Below, one piece after another: positions 14,267 to 23,048 of a stretch of DNA of 64,000 nt. Source of the stretch: Patescibacteria group bacterium (GTDB taxonomy: Bacteria; Patescibacteriota; Patescibacteriia; Patescibacteriales; UBA12465); NCBI GenBank assembly GCA_050949505.1, contig JBMNFV010000001.1, positions 286,284-350,283 on the forward strand. The letters run 5' to 3'. The notes under the pieces are model-generated. The model was given only the letters and a program-made list of their open reading frames with translations. It was not told the DNA's origin and made no database searches. Position numbers and translations under genes: made by a program. Position 1 is the first letter of the stretch. The number at the start of each line of letters is the position of its first letter.

Positions 14267-14956
14267 ATGAGTCAAAAATTACATCAATTATTAAAAGATT
14301 TAAGAGAGCAGAAAAGCCTATCACAACAAGAAGTAGCTGAAAAATTAGGCATGTCTAGGCCTTCCTATATTTTAATTGAACAAGGGAAGAGGGGCTTAAC
14401 TTTATTAGAAGCTCAGATAATAACAAAAATGTTTGGTATTAGTTTAGGGGACCTGGAAATGGGAGTAGTGCCAGATATAGAAAAGTACAAAGAGATGATT
14501 CTTTCGTTTCTTAGATTTTTTAATATCAAAGGAGATGGCAAGGTTCCAAAAACTAAATTAGCTAAATTATTATATTTAGCAGATTTTTCTTATTACTATG
14601 CTAATTTTGAAAGTATGAGTGGAATGCAATACCGAAGACTTAAATATGGTCCAGTTTCAGATTTGTATTTTAGAGCCCTAGATGAGTTGGAGGAGGAAGG
14701 GAGAATAGAGCGAGACAACAGGAAGAGCGATGTAATATTAATAAGTGAAAATGAGGGCTCTAAAAAAGCATCATTAAAAAGATTACAAGAAAAAGAGGCA
14801 GGCCTCATTACTAAGATTGCCAAAAAATGGGAAGATAAAAAAACTAGAGAGATTGTTAACTTCACTCACAATCAATTACCCTATAAGGCCAGCTTGCCTG
14901 ATGAAACTATTTCTTACGAATTAATCATTCAAGAAGATCCGGGACATGTTTATTAA
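14267..14956 (+). CDS. XRE-family HTH fused to a Panacea/DUF4065 (SocA-like) antitoxin domain
   Basis: The HTH reads LSQQEVAEKLGMSRPSYILIEQGKRGLTLLEA. It is followed by KTKLAKLLYLADFSYYYANFESMSGMQYRRLKYGPVS, the DUF4065 core pattern. The ATG at 14267 is preferred over the TTG at 14216. Confidence 0.8.
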   Translation: MSQKLHQLLKDLREQKSLSQQEVAEKLGMSRPSYILIEQGKRGLTLLEAQIITKMFGISLGDLEMGVVPDIEKYKEMILSFLRFFNIKGDGKVPKTKLAKLLYLADFSYYYANFESMSGMQYRRLKYGPVSDLYFRALDELEEEGRIERDNRKSDVILISENEGSKKASLKRLQEKEAGLITKIAKKWEDKKTREIVNFTHNQLPYKASLPDETISYELIIQEDPGHVY

Positions 14957-15338
14957 ATACAATGTTAAAACAGAAGATTTTGCCGAAAAGTATTATATAA
15001 AAAAATTTAGAAAAAAATATAAAACATATTGGGAGACAACCTTCAGGGGGCTTGAGAAGGTTTTAGAAAATTTAGACAGCGTCAGGGGCACCGATATGAT
15101 AGAGGAAATAAGTAGTCAAGGAGATTTAGCGGTGCTAAAAATGCAGTTTCGTGTAGCTGGCACTAATTTCTCCAAAAAGACCTCAGGCAACAGATGTATT
15201 TTATCGGCAAATAGAAAAACAAGAGAAATAAGGATTTTATTGGTTTATCATAAAAACGATCTAGGGGGCAAAAATGAAACAGTCACTTGGAAAAAATTGA
15301 TTAGAGATAATTATAGTGATTATTATTTTTGTAAATAA
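14946..15338 (+). CDS. putative toxin, RelE/ParE-superfamily (Gp49/HigB-like)
   Basis: 130 aa, overlapping the antitoxin gene by 11 nt. KKTSGNRCILSANRKTREIRILLVYHKNDLGGKNETVTW resembles the GKSGGYRvIy...LLtvYdK...nls core of Gp49/HigB-like toxins. This match was made by eye only. Confidence 0.55.
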   Translation: MFIKYNVKTEDFAEKYYIKKFRKKYKTYWETTFRGLEKVLENLDSVRGTDMIEEISSQGDLAVLKMQFRVAGTNFSKKTSGNRCILSANRKTREIRILLVYHKNDLGGKNETVTWKKLIRDNYSDYYFCK

Positions 15339-15351
15339 TAAAAGTAAAAAT

Positions 15352-16200
15352 ATGAAAAAAACAATAAAACAAAAGAATATAAAACCAGTAATTTTTGAAG
15401 AAAAGACAATTAGGAGAGATTGGCATGATAATGAATGGTATTTTTCTATTGTTGATATTGTGGCAGTTTTATCTCAAAGTAATAACCCAAATAGATATTG
15501 GAGTGACCTTAAAAGAAAGCTTGTTTCTGAAGGATATTATGAGTTATACGAAAAAATCGTACAACTGAAATTACCAGCAACAGATGGTAAAAAATATAAA
15601 ACGGATAGCATAAATTTGCAAGGAATTTTTCGTATCATTCAAGCAATTTCTTCCCCTAAAGCAGAGCCTTTTAAGCAGTGGCTCGCAAAAGTAGGGCAAG
15701 AACGAATTGAGGAAATGGTTAATCCAGAAATAGCCTTGAATCGCTCCCGTGAATACTGGCAAAAGCATGGACGAAGTGAGAAGTGGATACAACAAAGAAT
15801 GATGGGGCAAGAAACGAGGAACAAATTAACTGATTATTGGAAATCAGCTAATGTTAAGAAGGGTGAAGAGTATGCAATTTTGACAAATATCATTCATCAA
15901 GAGTGGAGTGACCTTGATGTCCAAGAACATAAGAAATTAAAAAGACTTGATAAGTCTATAAACTTACGGGACCACATGTCAGAAGCTGAATTGATTTTTA
16001 CCGCTCTTGCTGAATTATCTACCAGGCAGATCGCAGAGTCTGAGCACTCACAGGACTTAGAAGAAAACAAGATTCCGGCAAAGCGAGGGGGAAGGATTGC
16101 TAAAGATGCACGATTAGCTCTTGAGAAAAAAACAGGTCAAAAAGTGGTGAGCGCTGAAAACTATTTACCAACACAAAAATCTAAGAAGAGATTAAAATAA
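15352..16200 (+). CDS. Bro-N domain protein (DinD / phage antirepressor-like)
   Basis: WYFSIVDIVAVLSQSNNPNRYWSDLKRKL...PFKQWLAKVGQERIEE matches the Bro-N/DinD pattern. Confidence 0.75.
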   Translation: MKKTIKQKNIKPVIFEEKTIRRDWHDNEWYFSIVDIVAVLSQSNNPNRYWSDLKRKLVSEGYYELYEKIVQLKLPATDGKKYKTDSINLQGIFRIIQAISSPKAEPFKQWLAKVGQERIEEMVNPEIALNRSREYWQKHGRSEKWIQQRMMGQETRNKLTDYWKSANVKKGEEYAILTNIIHQEWSDLDVQEHKKLKRLDKSINLRDHMSEAELIFTALAELSTRQIAESEHSQDLEENKIPAKRGGRIAKDARLALEKKTGQKVVSAENYLPTQKSKKRLK

Positions 16201-16204
16201 GTAT

Positions 16205-16387
16205 ATGTCATTAGAAAAAATAAATTTTGATGAAGCTAGGCAGTCATAACTCCCGTTAGTAGAGCTCCTTATCAACACGGGTTATGAATATATTTCCCCT
16301 GAAGATGCCCTAAGGCAAATGAAATTAATATATGAAGATGTTGTTAATAAAAAAGATGCAAGTCTGCCAGAAAGAATTGAATTTTAA
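16205..16387 (+). pseudogene. small ORF interrupted by an in-frame TAA (decayed gene remnant)
   Basis: MSLEKINFDEARQS*LPLVELLINTGYEYISPEDALRQMKLIYEDVVNKKDASLPERIEF*; both halves are in the same frame, with the stop at 16247-16249. Confidence 0.3.
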
Positions 16388-16444
16388 AAAGGGTCTGATT
16401 CTGGACATAAAGATAATTAGTATTAAAAAATAATTCTATCTAAT

Positions 16445-17332
16445 ATGAATAATTTAGAGAAGATAACTCAGCTCACGCCCGCTCAAGAAGAATTGGAGGG
16501 GGATAAGCTGGAAACAGAAACCACTTTAGAGAAAAGGGAGATTTTAGAGTCAGCCACAAAGTTTGCTGAGTATTTGGTTGCTCGTTGGCCACAAGTTGAG
16601 ACTGATAGCGAGTTTAAGGGAAAGTTAAATTATTATCTCTCTGGCTCTTTAGCGGTTATGCTGCTTTCTCAGGCTGAGGAATTCACCACAGTAGATGGGG
16701 CACAAATTCCCGAGATAGTAGAGGTTCAAACTAAAAAAATACCAGAGTCAGCAAGCAGGATTTTAACTTCTTTTGCTCGTCAACTGGGTGACTTAGATTA
16801 TGTTCCTAGTAAACACTACCAAGGCAATCCGGCTAGACTAAGAAAGGGTGGGGGAGGACCCGCCTTTACTGAAGTTCCCGAGATCGGACTTAAAGCCTTG
16901 AAGCAAGAAAAAGGACAACTAAAGATAATGTGTGATCCAGTGGAGACATTTGGAGAAAAGAGAGTGGCGAAGATTAGAGTCGCGGAACAAGATTATTATA
17001 TCTCTAGGCCAGACACAATGTTAGCTTATAAAGTTCTCCATTTGCTACAAAGTTTTGAACAGAAGCCAGATAAGTTTAACGCAGATTTCAAGAAAATTCT
17101 TAAGGCCTTACAAGAAATATATAGCGATAAAGAGCTGGAGAAAATAACTAGACAAGTATTAATAGATTATGAAAACTCTTTAAATAAGTCACCTAGTCAA
17201 GGGAGTGAGAAAAAAGAAAGCTCAACTAGTTATGGAGAGAAAGTTTCCGAATTAATTGATAAAACATTAGCCCTCCAGCAAATTTCTCCAGAGATTAGAG
17301 CGATCTTAGAGAAGTTAAAAGAAGAAGGATAA
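16445..17332 (+). CDS. hypothetical protein (possible minimal nucleotidyltransferase fold)
   Basis: 295 aa. YLSGSLAVMLL ... GDLDYV loosely resembles the GS...DxD motif of pol-beta-type nucleotidyltransferases. The assignment is weak. Confidence 0.5.
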   Translation: MNNLEKITQLTPAQEELEGDKLETETTLEKREILESATKFAEYLVARWPQVETDSEFKGKLNYYLSGSLAVMLLSQAEEFTTVDGAQIPEIVEVQTKKIPESASRILTSFARQLGDLDYVPSKHYQGNPARLRKGGGGPAFTEVPEIGLKALKQEKGQLKIMCDPVETFGEKRVAKIRVAEQDYYISRPDTMLAYKVLHLLQSFEQKPDKFNADFKKILKALQEIYSDKELEKITRQVLIDYENSLNKSPSQGSEKKESSTSYGEKVSELIDKTLALQQISPEIRAILEKLKEEG

Positions 17333-17347
17333 TTAGGAATAGTTTTT

Positions 17348-17695
17348 ATGACTAGGGCAGTCATCAAACTAAAAAGAATCTATGAGGAGCCAGCTAGCAA
17401 TGATGGTTTAAGAGTTTTAGTAGATCGTCTTTGGCCCCGAGGAGTTTTAAAAGAGCGAGCACAGCTAGATGCTTGGTTAAAAGAGCTAGCACCATCAACT
17501 GAGTTGCGACAATGGTTTAACCATGACCCAGAGAAGTGGCTAGAATTTAAAAAGCGTTATCGCCAGGAATTAAAAGATAGCCAAGTGTTAGAAGAGCTTC
17601 AAGAAATGATTAAGCAAAATAAAGTGATCACCCTTCTTTTTGCCGCTAAAGATGAAGCACATAATGAAGCGGTGGTGTTGAAAGAAATATTATAA
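17348..17695 (+). CDS. DUF488 (YeaO-like) family protein
   Basis: KRIYEEPASNDGLRVLVDRLWPRGV...APSTELRQWFNHDPEKW..F..RY is the DUF488 signature. Confidence 0.8.
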   Translation: MTRAVIKLKRIYEEPASNDGLRVLVDRLWPRGVLKERAQLDAWLKELAPSTELRQWFNHDPEKWLEFKKRYRQELKDSQVLEELQEMIKQNKVITLLFAAKDEAHNEAVVLKEIL

Positions 17696-17881
17696 CAATA
17701 AAAAATAATATAATAATTAATTTGTTATGTTAAAAAATTTTGAATATTTAGGAACTATAGGTGAGCTGCAGTCTAATAATTACAATTGGAGAGAAGTTTC
17801 AAATTCCAAGGGTGTTTATGTGATGATTTTATAAAAATTTTATTAGATAAAAAATTTTATAAAAAAATAATATTTAAATTT

Positions 17882-18130
17882 ATGAAAAAAGAGTTAATTT
17901 TAAAAATTGTATTTTATTTAATCATTGCTTTATCGGTATTGTTTATTATTAATAAAATTAACAAATATTTAGATGCTAGAGTTCAGTATGAAAATATTGA
18001 GTGCCATAATAGGGCATATATAATTTATAAACAGCATGATGACCAAAATTATCAGGCAAAAAATCGAGATTGGTCTTTAAGAAATACCGAATGCTCACAA
18101 ATAGAAGCTAAATATCAAAGAGGATTCTAG
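17882..18130 (+). CDS. small hypothetical membrane-anchored protein
   Basis: ATG at 17882, N-terminal TM helix ILKIVFYLIIALSVLFII. Lies in very AT-rich sequence. Confidence 0.35.
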   Translation: MKKELILKIVFYLIIALSVLFIINKINKYLDARVQYENIECHNRAYIIYKQHDDQNYQAKNRDWSLRNTECSQIEAKYQRGF

Positions 18131-18527
18131 CTTTAAAAATTTATAATTAATAAAAATAAAAATATGTTTTTTAACTGGTCTCTTATTATTAATATAGCTT
18201 TAGGAGTAATAATTGGAGGAGTATTTCTCTATATACTAAAAGATGTTGCAGAGTTTATTTTTGAATTAATGTTTGACAAATAAATCAAAAAGAGCGACTC
18301 TAATTAGATTAATATAATAAACTCGTCTATAGATTAATTTGTAGCTTAACAGAGCTGTTAAACCTGAGTGATGCATATTGGATTCAATCTATAAATTATA
18401 AAAAATATAGCTTTTAAGTATTTAGCCAAGCACTTTAAGCTAAAAGCTGTTTAAAGGATTTAGTTGGATATAGAAACTTAGGTCAGGTAATTATTTGCTA
18501 AACAAATAGGAGCTATCTAAATCTTTT

Positions 18528-19238
18528 ATGCCCAACCCCCTTAATCCAGAAAACATAATCATAGGAATGTCCTTGCGGAAGGATGGGAATATGAGACTTT
18601 CGGAGCTGGAGAATAATGCCGAGAAAAACCGAGAGTCATTTTTTATTAACCAAGGAATAGAGACTAGGAAGGTTGTTTTTGCCAACCTAGTTCATGGCAG
18701 TCAGGTGAGGGTAGTTAGGCGGAGTGATAGGGGAAAGATTATGCCAGCTGGTGATGCCTTGATCACTGGAGATTTAGGAGTAGTTTTAGCCCTAACAGTG
18801 GCTGACTGTTTGCCTGTTTATTTCTATGACTTAAACAAGAAGGTGGTGGCAATTGCTCATGCTGGTTGGCGTAGTCTAAAGGCCGGAGTGATTAATAAGG
18901 TGATAGCTGAGTTTTTGATTAAGTTTGACTCAGAGGTTCAAGATATTATGATTCAGGTTGGTCCTCACATCCAAGCCTGTCATTTTGAGGTGAAGGAAGA
19001 TGTTGCTAAAGAGTTTAGTGAATATCCAGATCAGATTATTAATAAGGCGGGAAAGCGATACATTAACCTAGCTGGAGTAGTAGTGGAGCAGTTAGTGAAA
19101 CTAGGACTTAAAAGAGAGCAAATTAAGATTAGTCCTGACTGCACCTATTGCTTATCAGATAAGTATTTTTCCTATCGTCGTGATCGGTCTGAAGGACTGA
19201 AGACCATGCTGGTCTATATAGGAATGAGAGATAAATAA
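18528..19238 (+). CDS. pgeF: peptidoglycan editing factor PgeF / YfiH (DUF152, laccase-domain) family protein
   Basis: LVHGSQV, GDALIT, TVADCLPVYFYD and AHAGWRS motifs. Confidence 0.85.
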   Translation: MPNPLNPENIIIGMSLRKDGNMRLSELENNAEKNRESFFINQGIETRKVVFANLVHGSQVRVVRRSDRGKIMPAGDALITGDLGVVLALTVADCLPVYFYDLNKKVVAIAHAGWRSLKAGVINKVIAEFLIKFDSEVQDIMIQVGPHIQACHFEVKEDVAKEFSEYPDQIINKAGKRYINLAGVVVEQLVKLGLKREQIKISPDCTYCLSDKYFSYRRDRSEGLKTMLVYIGMRDK

Positions 19239-19396
19239 CCGTTGCCGGCTAGGCAAGAAGCATCATAAGTGATGCTTTTTTAATAATGTTTTAACTTGTC
19301 TAAGTTGAGTTATTGGAGTAAATTTAAGCACAAGCATTAATTATGTGTTAAACTACCTAACAGTTAATTATTAAAGGAAAGACTTTAAGTTTTTTT

Positions 19397-21142
19397 ATGA
19401 AATCATTTATTAAGCATTTTAAGCCATTTCGGTTTAGTATTCTCTTATTACTACTCTTTACCCTAGGACAAACTTGGGCCAATTTAAGCTTACCAGATTA
19501 TTTAGCCAAGATAGTTAATGAGGGAATTATTAAGCAAAATATTCCCTTAGTTTATCGCTATGGCCTAATTATGTTAGCTTTTGCTCTAGTAGGAGGCTTG
19601 CTAACCATAGCAATAGGGTATCTATCCGCTCGGTTGGGAGCGAAATTTTCTCACCAGCTTCGTAATAAATTATTTACTAAAGTAGAGAATTTTTCTCTGG
19701 GGGAGTTTAATAAATTCTCTACCGCCTCATTGATCACTAGAAGTACTAATGATATTCAGCAAATCCAAACAGCAGTCATTATGACTTTTCGCATGGCGCT
19801 AATGGCCCCAGTAATGGGAGTCATTGCGATTGTTAAAGCCTATCAATTAGCTCCTGCTATGACCTGGATTATGGCTGCAGCTATTTTAGCCTTGTTAATA
19901 ATGATTAGCTTTATCTTTTGGCTCACTTTGCCAAAGTTTAAGAAAATTCAAGCCCTAGTGGACCGCCTTAACTTAATTACCAGAGAGATGCTTACCGGGC
20001 TACGGGTGATTAGAGCCTTTGGAAAAGAAAAATTAGAAGAAGAGCGCTTTGGGTCCAATAATCAGGAGCTGACTAAGATGAATCTAATCGTAAACCGACT
20101 GATGGCCATTATGCATCCCGGGATTACCTTCTTGCTAGGTCTAGCCATGGTGGCGGTTGTTTGGTTTGGAGCTAAACAGATAGACTTAGGCGTATTGCCA
20201 GTGGGGAATATGATGGCTTTTATGCAATATGTAATGCAGGCCATCTTTTCTTTCCAAATGATTTCCATGATGTTCATTATGATCCCCCGGGTTTCAGTTT
20301 CAATTAACCGAGTGGAAGAAGTCTTGCAAGCGGAGCCAGCCATAGTGGATTCTCCCAAGGCGACGGCTATTACTAAATTAAATGGGGCGATAGAATTTAA
20401 AAATGTTTCCTTTACCTACGAGGAAGCCGAGGAGCCAGTTTTAAAGAATATTTCTTTTATAGCGCAGCCAGGGGAGACCACCGCAATTATTGGCAGCACT
20501 GGTAGTGGTAAGTCTACTCTCATTCAGTTAATCCCTAGATTTTATGAGGCTAGTCAGGGCCAGGTTCTAATCAAGGGAATTGATGTTAAGGATATGCGTC
20601 AGCAGGAACTGCGAGAGCAAATTGCCTACATTCCTCAGAAAGCCATTCTTTTTTCGGGTGATATTTTAGAAAACATTAGTTATAGTGATGAAAAAATGTC
20701 TACCGAAAGAGTGGTTAAGTCCTTGGAGGTTGCCCAGGCTAGTGAGTTTGTTAATGAACTTGAGATGGGAATTAAGTCTAAAGTGGCCCAAGCGGGAGCC
20801 AACTTCTCCGGCGGGCAAAAGCAACGCCTAGCCATTGCTCGGGCTCTAGCTAAGTCAGCTGAGATTTATATTTTTGATGATAGCTTCTCAGCGCTAGACT
20901 TTAGGACAGATTTAAAATTAAGGCAGGAACTCAAGGATAGTCTTAAGGGAAAGACAGTCTTAATAGTCGCTCAACGGGTCAGCACTATTATGGAGGCCGA
21001 TAAAATTATTGTTTTAGACTCAGGAGAGCTAGTTAGTGAAGGCCGACATGAAGACTTGTTAGTCAGCTCGCCAATTTACCGAGAGATCGCTCTGTCGCAA
21101 TTATCAGCTGAAGAATTAGGCCTAGATCAAGAGAAAGAATAA
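19397..21142 (+). CDS. ABC exporter, fused permease/ATPase (type I exporter half-transporter)
   Basis: Six-TM N-terminal half; Walker A GSTGSGKST, signature FSGGQKQR, Walker B IYIFDD. Confidence 0.9.
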   Translation: MKSFIKHFKPFRFSILLLLLFTLGQTWANLSLPDYLAKIVNEGIIKQNIPLVYRYGLIMLAFALVGGLLTIAIGYLSARLGAKFSHQLRNKLFTKVENFSLGEFNKFSTASLITRSTNDIQQIQTAVIMTFRMALMAPVMGVIAIVKAYQLAPAMTWIMAAAILALLIMISFIFWLTLPKFKKIQALVDRLNLITREMLTGLRVIRAFGKEKLEEERFGSNNQELTKMNLIVNRLMAIMHPGITFLLGLAMVAVVWFGAKQIDLGVLPVGNMMAFMQYVMQAIFSFQMISMMFIMIPRVSVSINRVEEVLQAEPAIVDSPKATAITKLNGAIEFKNVSFTYEEAEEPVLKNISFIAQPGETTAIIGSTGSGKSTLIQLIPRFYEASQGQVLIKGIDVKDMRQQELREQIAYIPQKAILFSGDILENISYSDEKMSTERVVKSLEVAQASEFVNELEMGIKSKVAQAGANFSGGQKQRLAIARALAKSAEIYIFDDSFSALDFRTDLKLRQELKDSLKGKTVLIVAQRVSTIMEADKIIVLDSGELVSEGRHEDLLVSSPIYREIALSQLSAEELGLDQEKE

Positions 21143-21143
21143 T

Positions 21144-22991
21144 ATGAACAAGCAAACAAATTCTAAACATAAACCAACTAGCCCGCAGTTTACGCTTAGA
21201 AGGGGGCACGGAATTTCGGGTCCAGCCGAGAAGCCCAAGGACTTTAAGGGAACCATGCAGAGTTTATTAAAACGACTGCGATCTTATCGCTTAGCAATTA
21301 TTGGCGTTATTGTCTTAGCCTTAGCAAGCACTATTTTTTCTATTATCAGTCCTAAGATTCTCGGAGATATTACTAACACAATAGTTAGCGGTCAGTCTGG
21401 GTCGGGAATAGCGTTTGGCAGAATATTAAGCTTAGTTAAATTATTATTAACTCTCTATCTCCTTAGCTTAGGGACTGGATATTTGCATCGCTGGTTAATG
21501 GCGGGGGTAACTCAAAAGATCACCTTTAGTCTGCGCCATGATATTGCGGCAAAAATTAATCGCCTGCCGCTTAGCTATTATGACCGACAGACTCACGGAG
21601 AGATCTTAAGTCGGGTGACTAATGATGTGGATACAGTTAGTCAGTCACTAGACCAAAGTCTCACTCAGCTAGTCTCAGCCATGACCACATTAGTTGGGGT
21701 AATAGTGATGATGTTTTTAATTAGCTGGCAACTAAGCTTAGTGGCCCTAATTGTTATGCCGCTGGGCTTCTTATTTGTTAAGTTTGTGATCAAACGTTCG
21801 CAAAAACAATTCTTACGTCAGCAGCGATATTTGGGAGAAATAAATGGCCATATTGAAGAAATGTTTTCTGGTCACTTAGTCGTTAAAGCCTATAACGGTG
21901 AGGAGCGCTCCATTAGAGCCTTTAAGAAGATTAATGATCAGCTACAAGACAGTGCCTGGAAGTCTCAATTCTTTTCTGGCCTATTAATGCCAGTGATGAA
22001 CTTTATTGGCAATCTAGGCTATGTGGCAGTGGCGGTCTTAGGAGCTTGGTTAACCCTTCAGGGACGACTAAGCATCGGCGGAATCCAAGCCTTCATTCAA
22101 TACCTTAGACAATTTAATCACCCCATTGCTCAAACTGCCAATATTGCTAATGTCTTGCAATCAACGGCTGCGGCCGCTGAACGAGTGTTTGAGTTTTTAT
22201 CAGAGCCCGAGCAAGAGGCTGAGGTTAGCGAACCCTTATCAGTTGGTCAAATTAGGGGACAGGTGGAGTTTGATCAGGTTAATTTCTCCTATCTTGCTGG
22301 TGAGCCAGTGATTAAGGATTTTTCAATTAATATTCAACCCGGGCAACGGGTAGCGATAGTTGGTCCTACGGGAGCTGGCAAGACCACTCTAGTTAATTTG
22401 CTAATGCGCTTTTATGAGCTAGATAGCGGGGAAATTAGAATTGATGGTTTGGATATTAAACAACTAAAACGTTCGGACCTTAGGTCTTTGTTTGGCATGG
22501 TGCTACAAGATGCTTGGTTGTTTAAAGGGACCATTAAAGAAAATATTGCTTATGGCCGAGCCGAGGCTAGTACTGAAGAAATTTATCAAGCTGCGATCAC
22601 CGCTCGGGCTGATCATTTCATTAGAACCCTGCCCGATGCCTATAATCTAATAATTAACGAAGAGGCGGATAATATTTCTCAGGGAGAAAAGCAATTAATT
22701 ACCATTGCTCGGGCGATGTTAACTGCTGCTCCGATTTTAATTCTTGATGAGGCCACTAGTTCAGTGGATACGCGAACAGAAATATTAATTCAAGAAGCGA
22801 TGGAGAGACTAATGAAGGGCCGAACTAGTTTTGTGATTGCGCATCGGCTCTCAACTATTAAAAATGCTGACCTAATTCTAATGATAGAGGAGGGACGAGT
22901 GGTGGAGCAGGGCAGTCACCAGGAATTATTAGCCAAACAAGGAGCATATGCGGCGCTCTATTATAGTCAATTTGCTCTTCAGGCTAATTGA
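21144..22991 (+). CDS. ABC exporter, fused permease/ATPase (probable heterodimer partner)
   Basis: Walker A GPTGAGKTT, signature ISQGEKQL, Walker B ILILDEATS. It starts 1 nt after the upstream stop. Confidence 0.9.
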   Translation: MNKQTNSKHKPTSPQFTLRRGHGISGPAEKPKDFKGTMQSLLKRLRSYRLAIIGVIVLALASTIFSIISPKILGDITNTIVSGQSGSGIAFGRILSLVKLLLTLYLLSLGTGYLHRWLMAGVTQKITFSLRHDIAAKINRLPLSYYDRQTHGEILSRVTNDVDTVSQSLDQSLTQLVSAMTTLVGVIVMMFLISWQLSLVALIVMPLGFLFVKFVIKRSQKQFLRQQRYLGEINGHIEEMFSGHLVVKAYNGEERSIRAFKKINDQLQDSAWKSQFFSGLLMPVMNFIGNLGYVAVAVLGAWLTLQGRLSIGGIQAFIQYLRQFNHPIAQTANIANVLQSTAAAAERVFEFLSEPEQEAEVSEPLSVGQIRGQVEFDQVNFSYLAGEPVIKDFSINIQPGQRVAIVGPTGAGKTTLVNLLMRFYELDSGEIRIDGLDIKQLKRSDLRSLFGMVLQDAWLFKGTIKENIAYGRAEASTEEIYQAAITARADHFIRTLPDAYNLIINEEADNISQGEKQLITIARAMLTAAPILILDEATSSVDTRTEILIQEAMERLMKGRTSFVIAHRLSTIKNADLILMIEEGRVVEQGSHQELLAKQGAYAALYYSQFALQAN

Positions 22992-23048
22992 TAATCAGGG
23001 CAAATAGTGATAAACTAAAGGTGATTTTATTATTAATTAATAATAACT

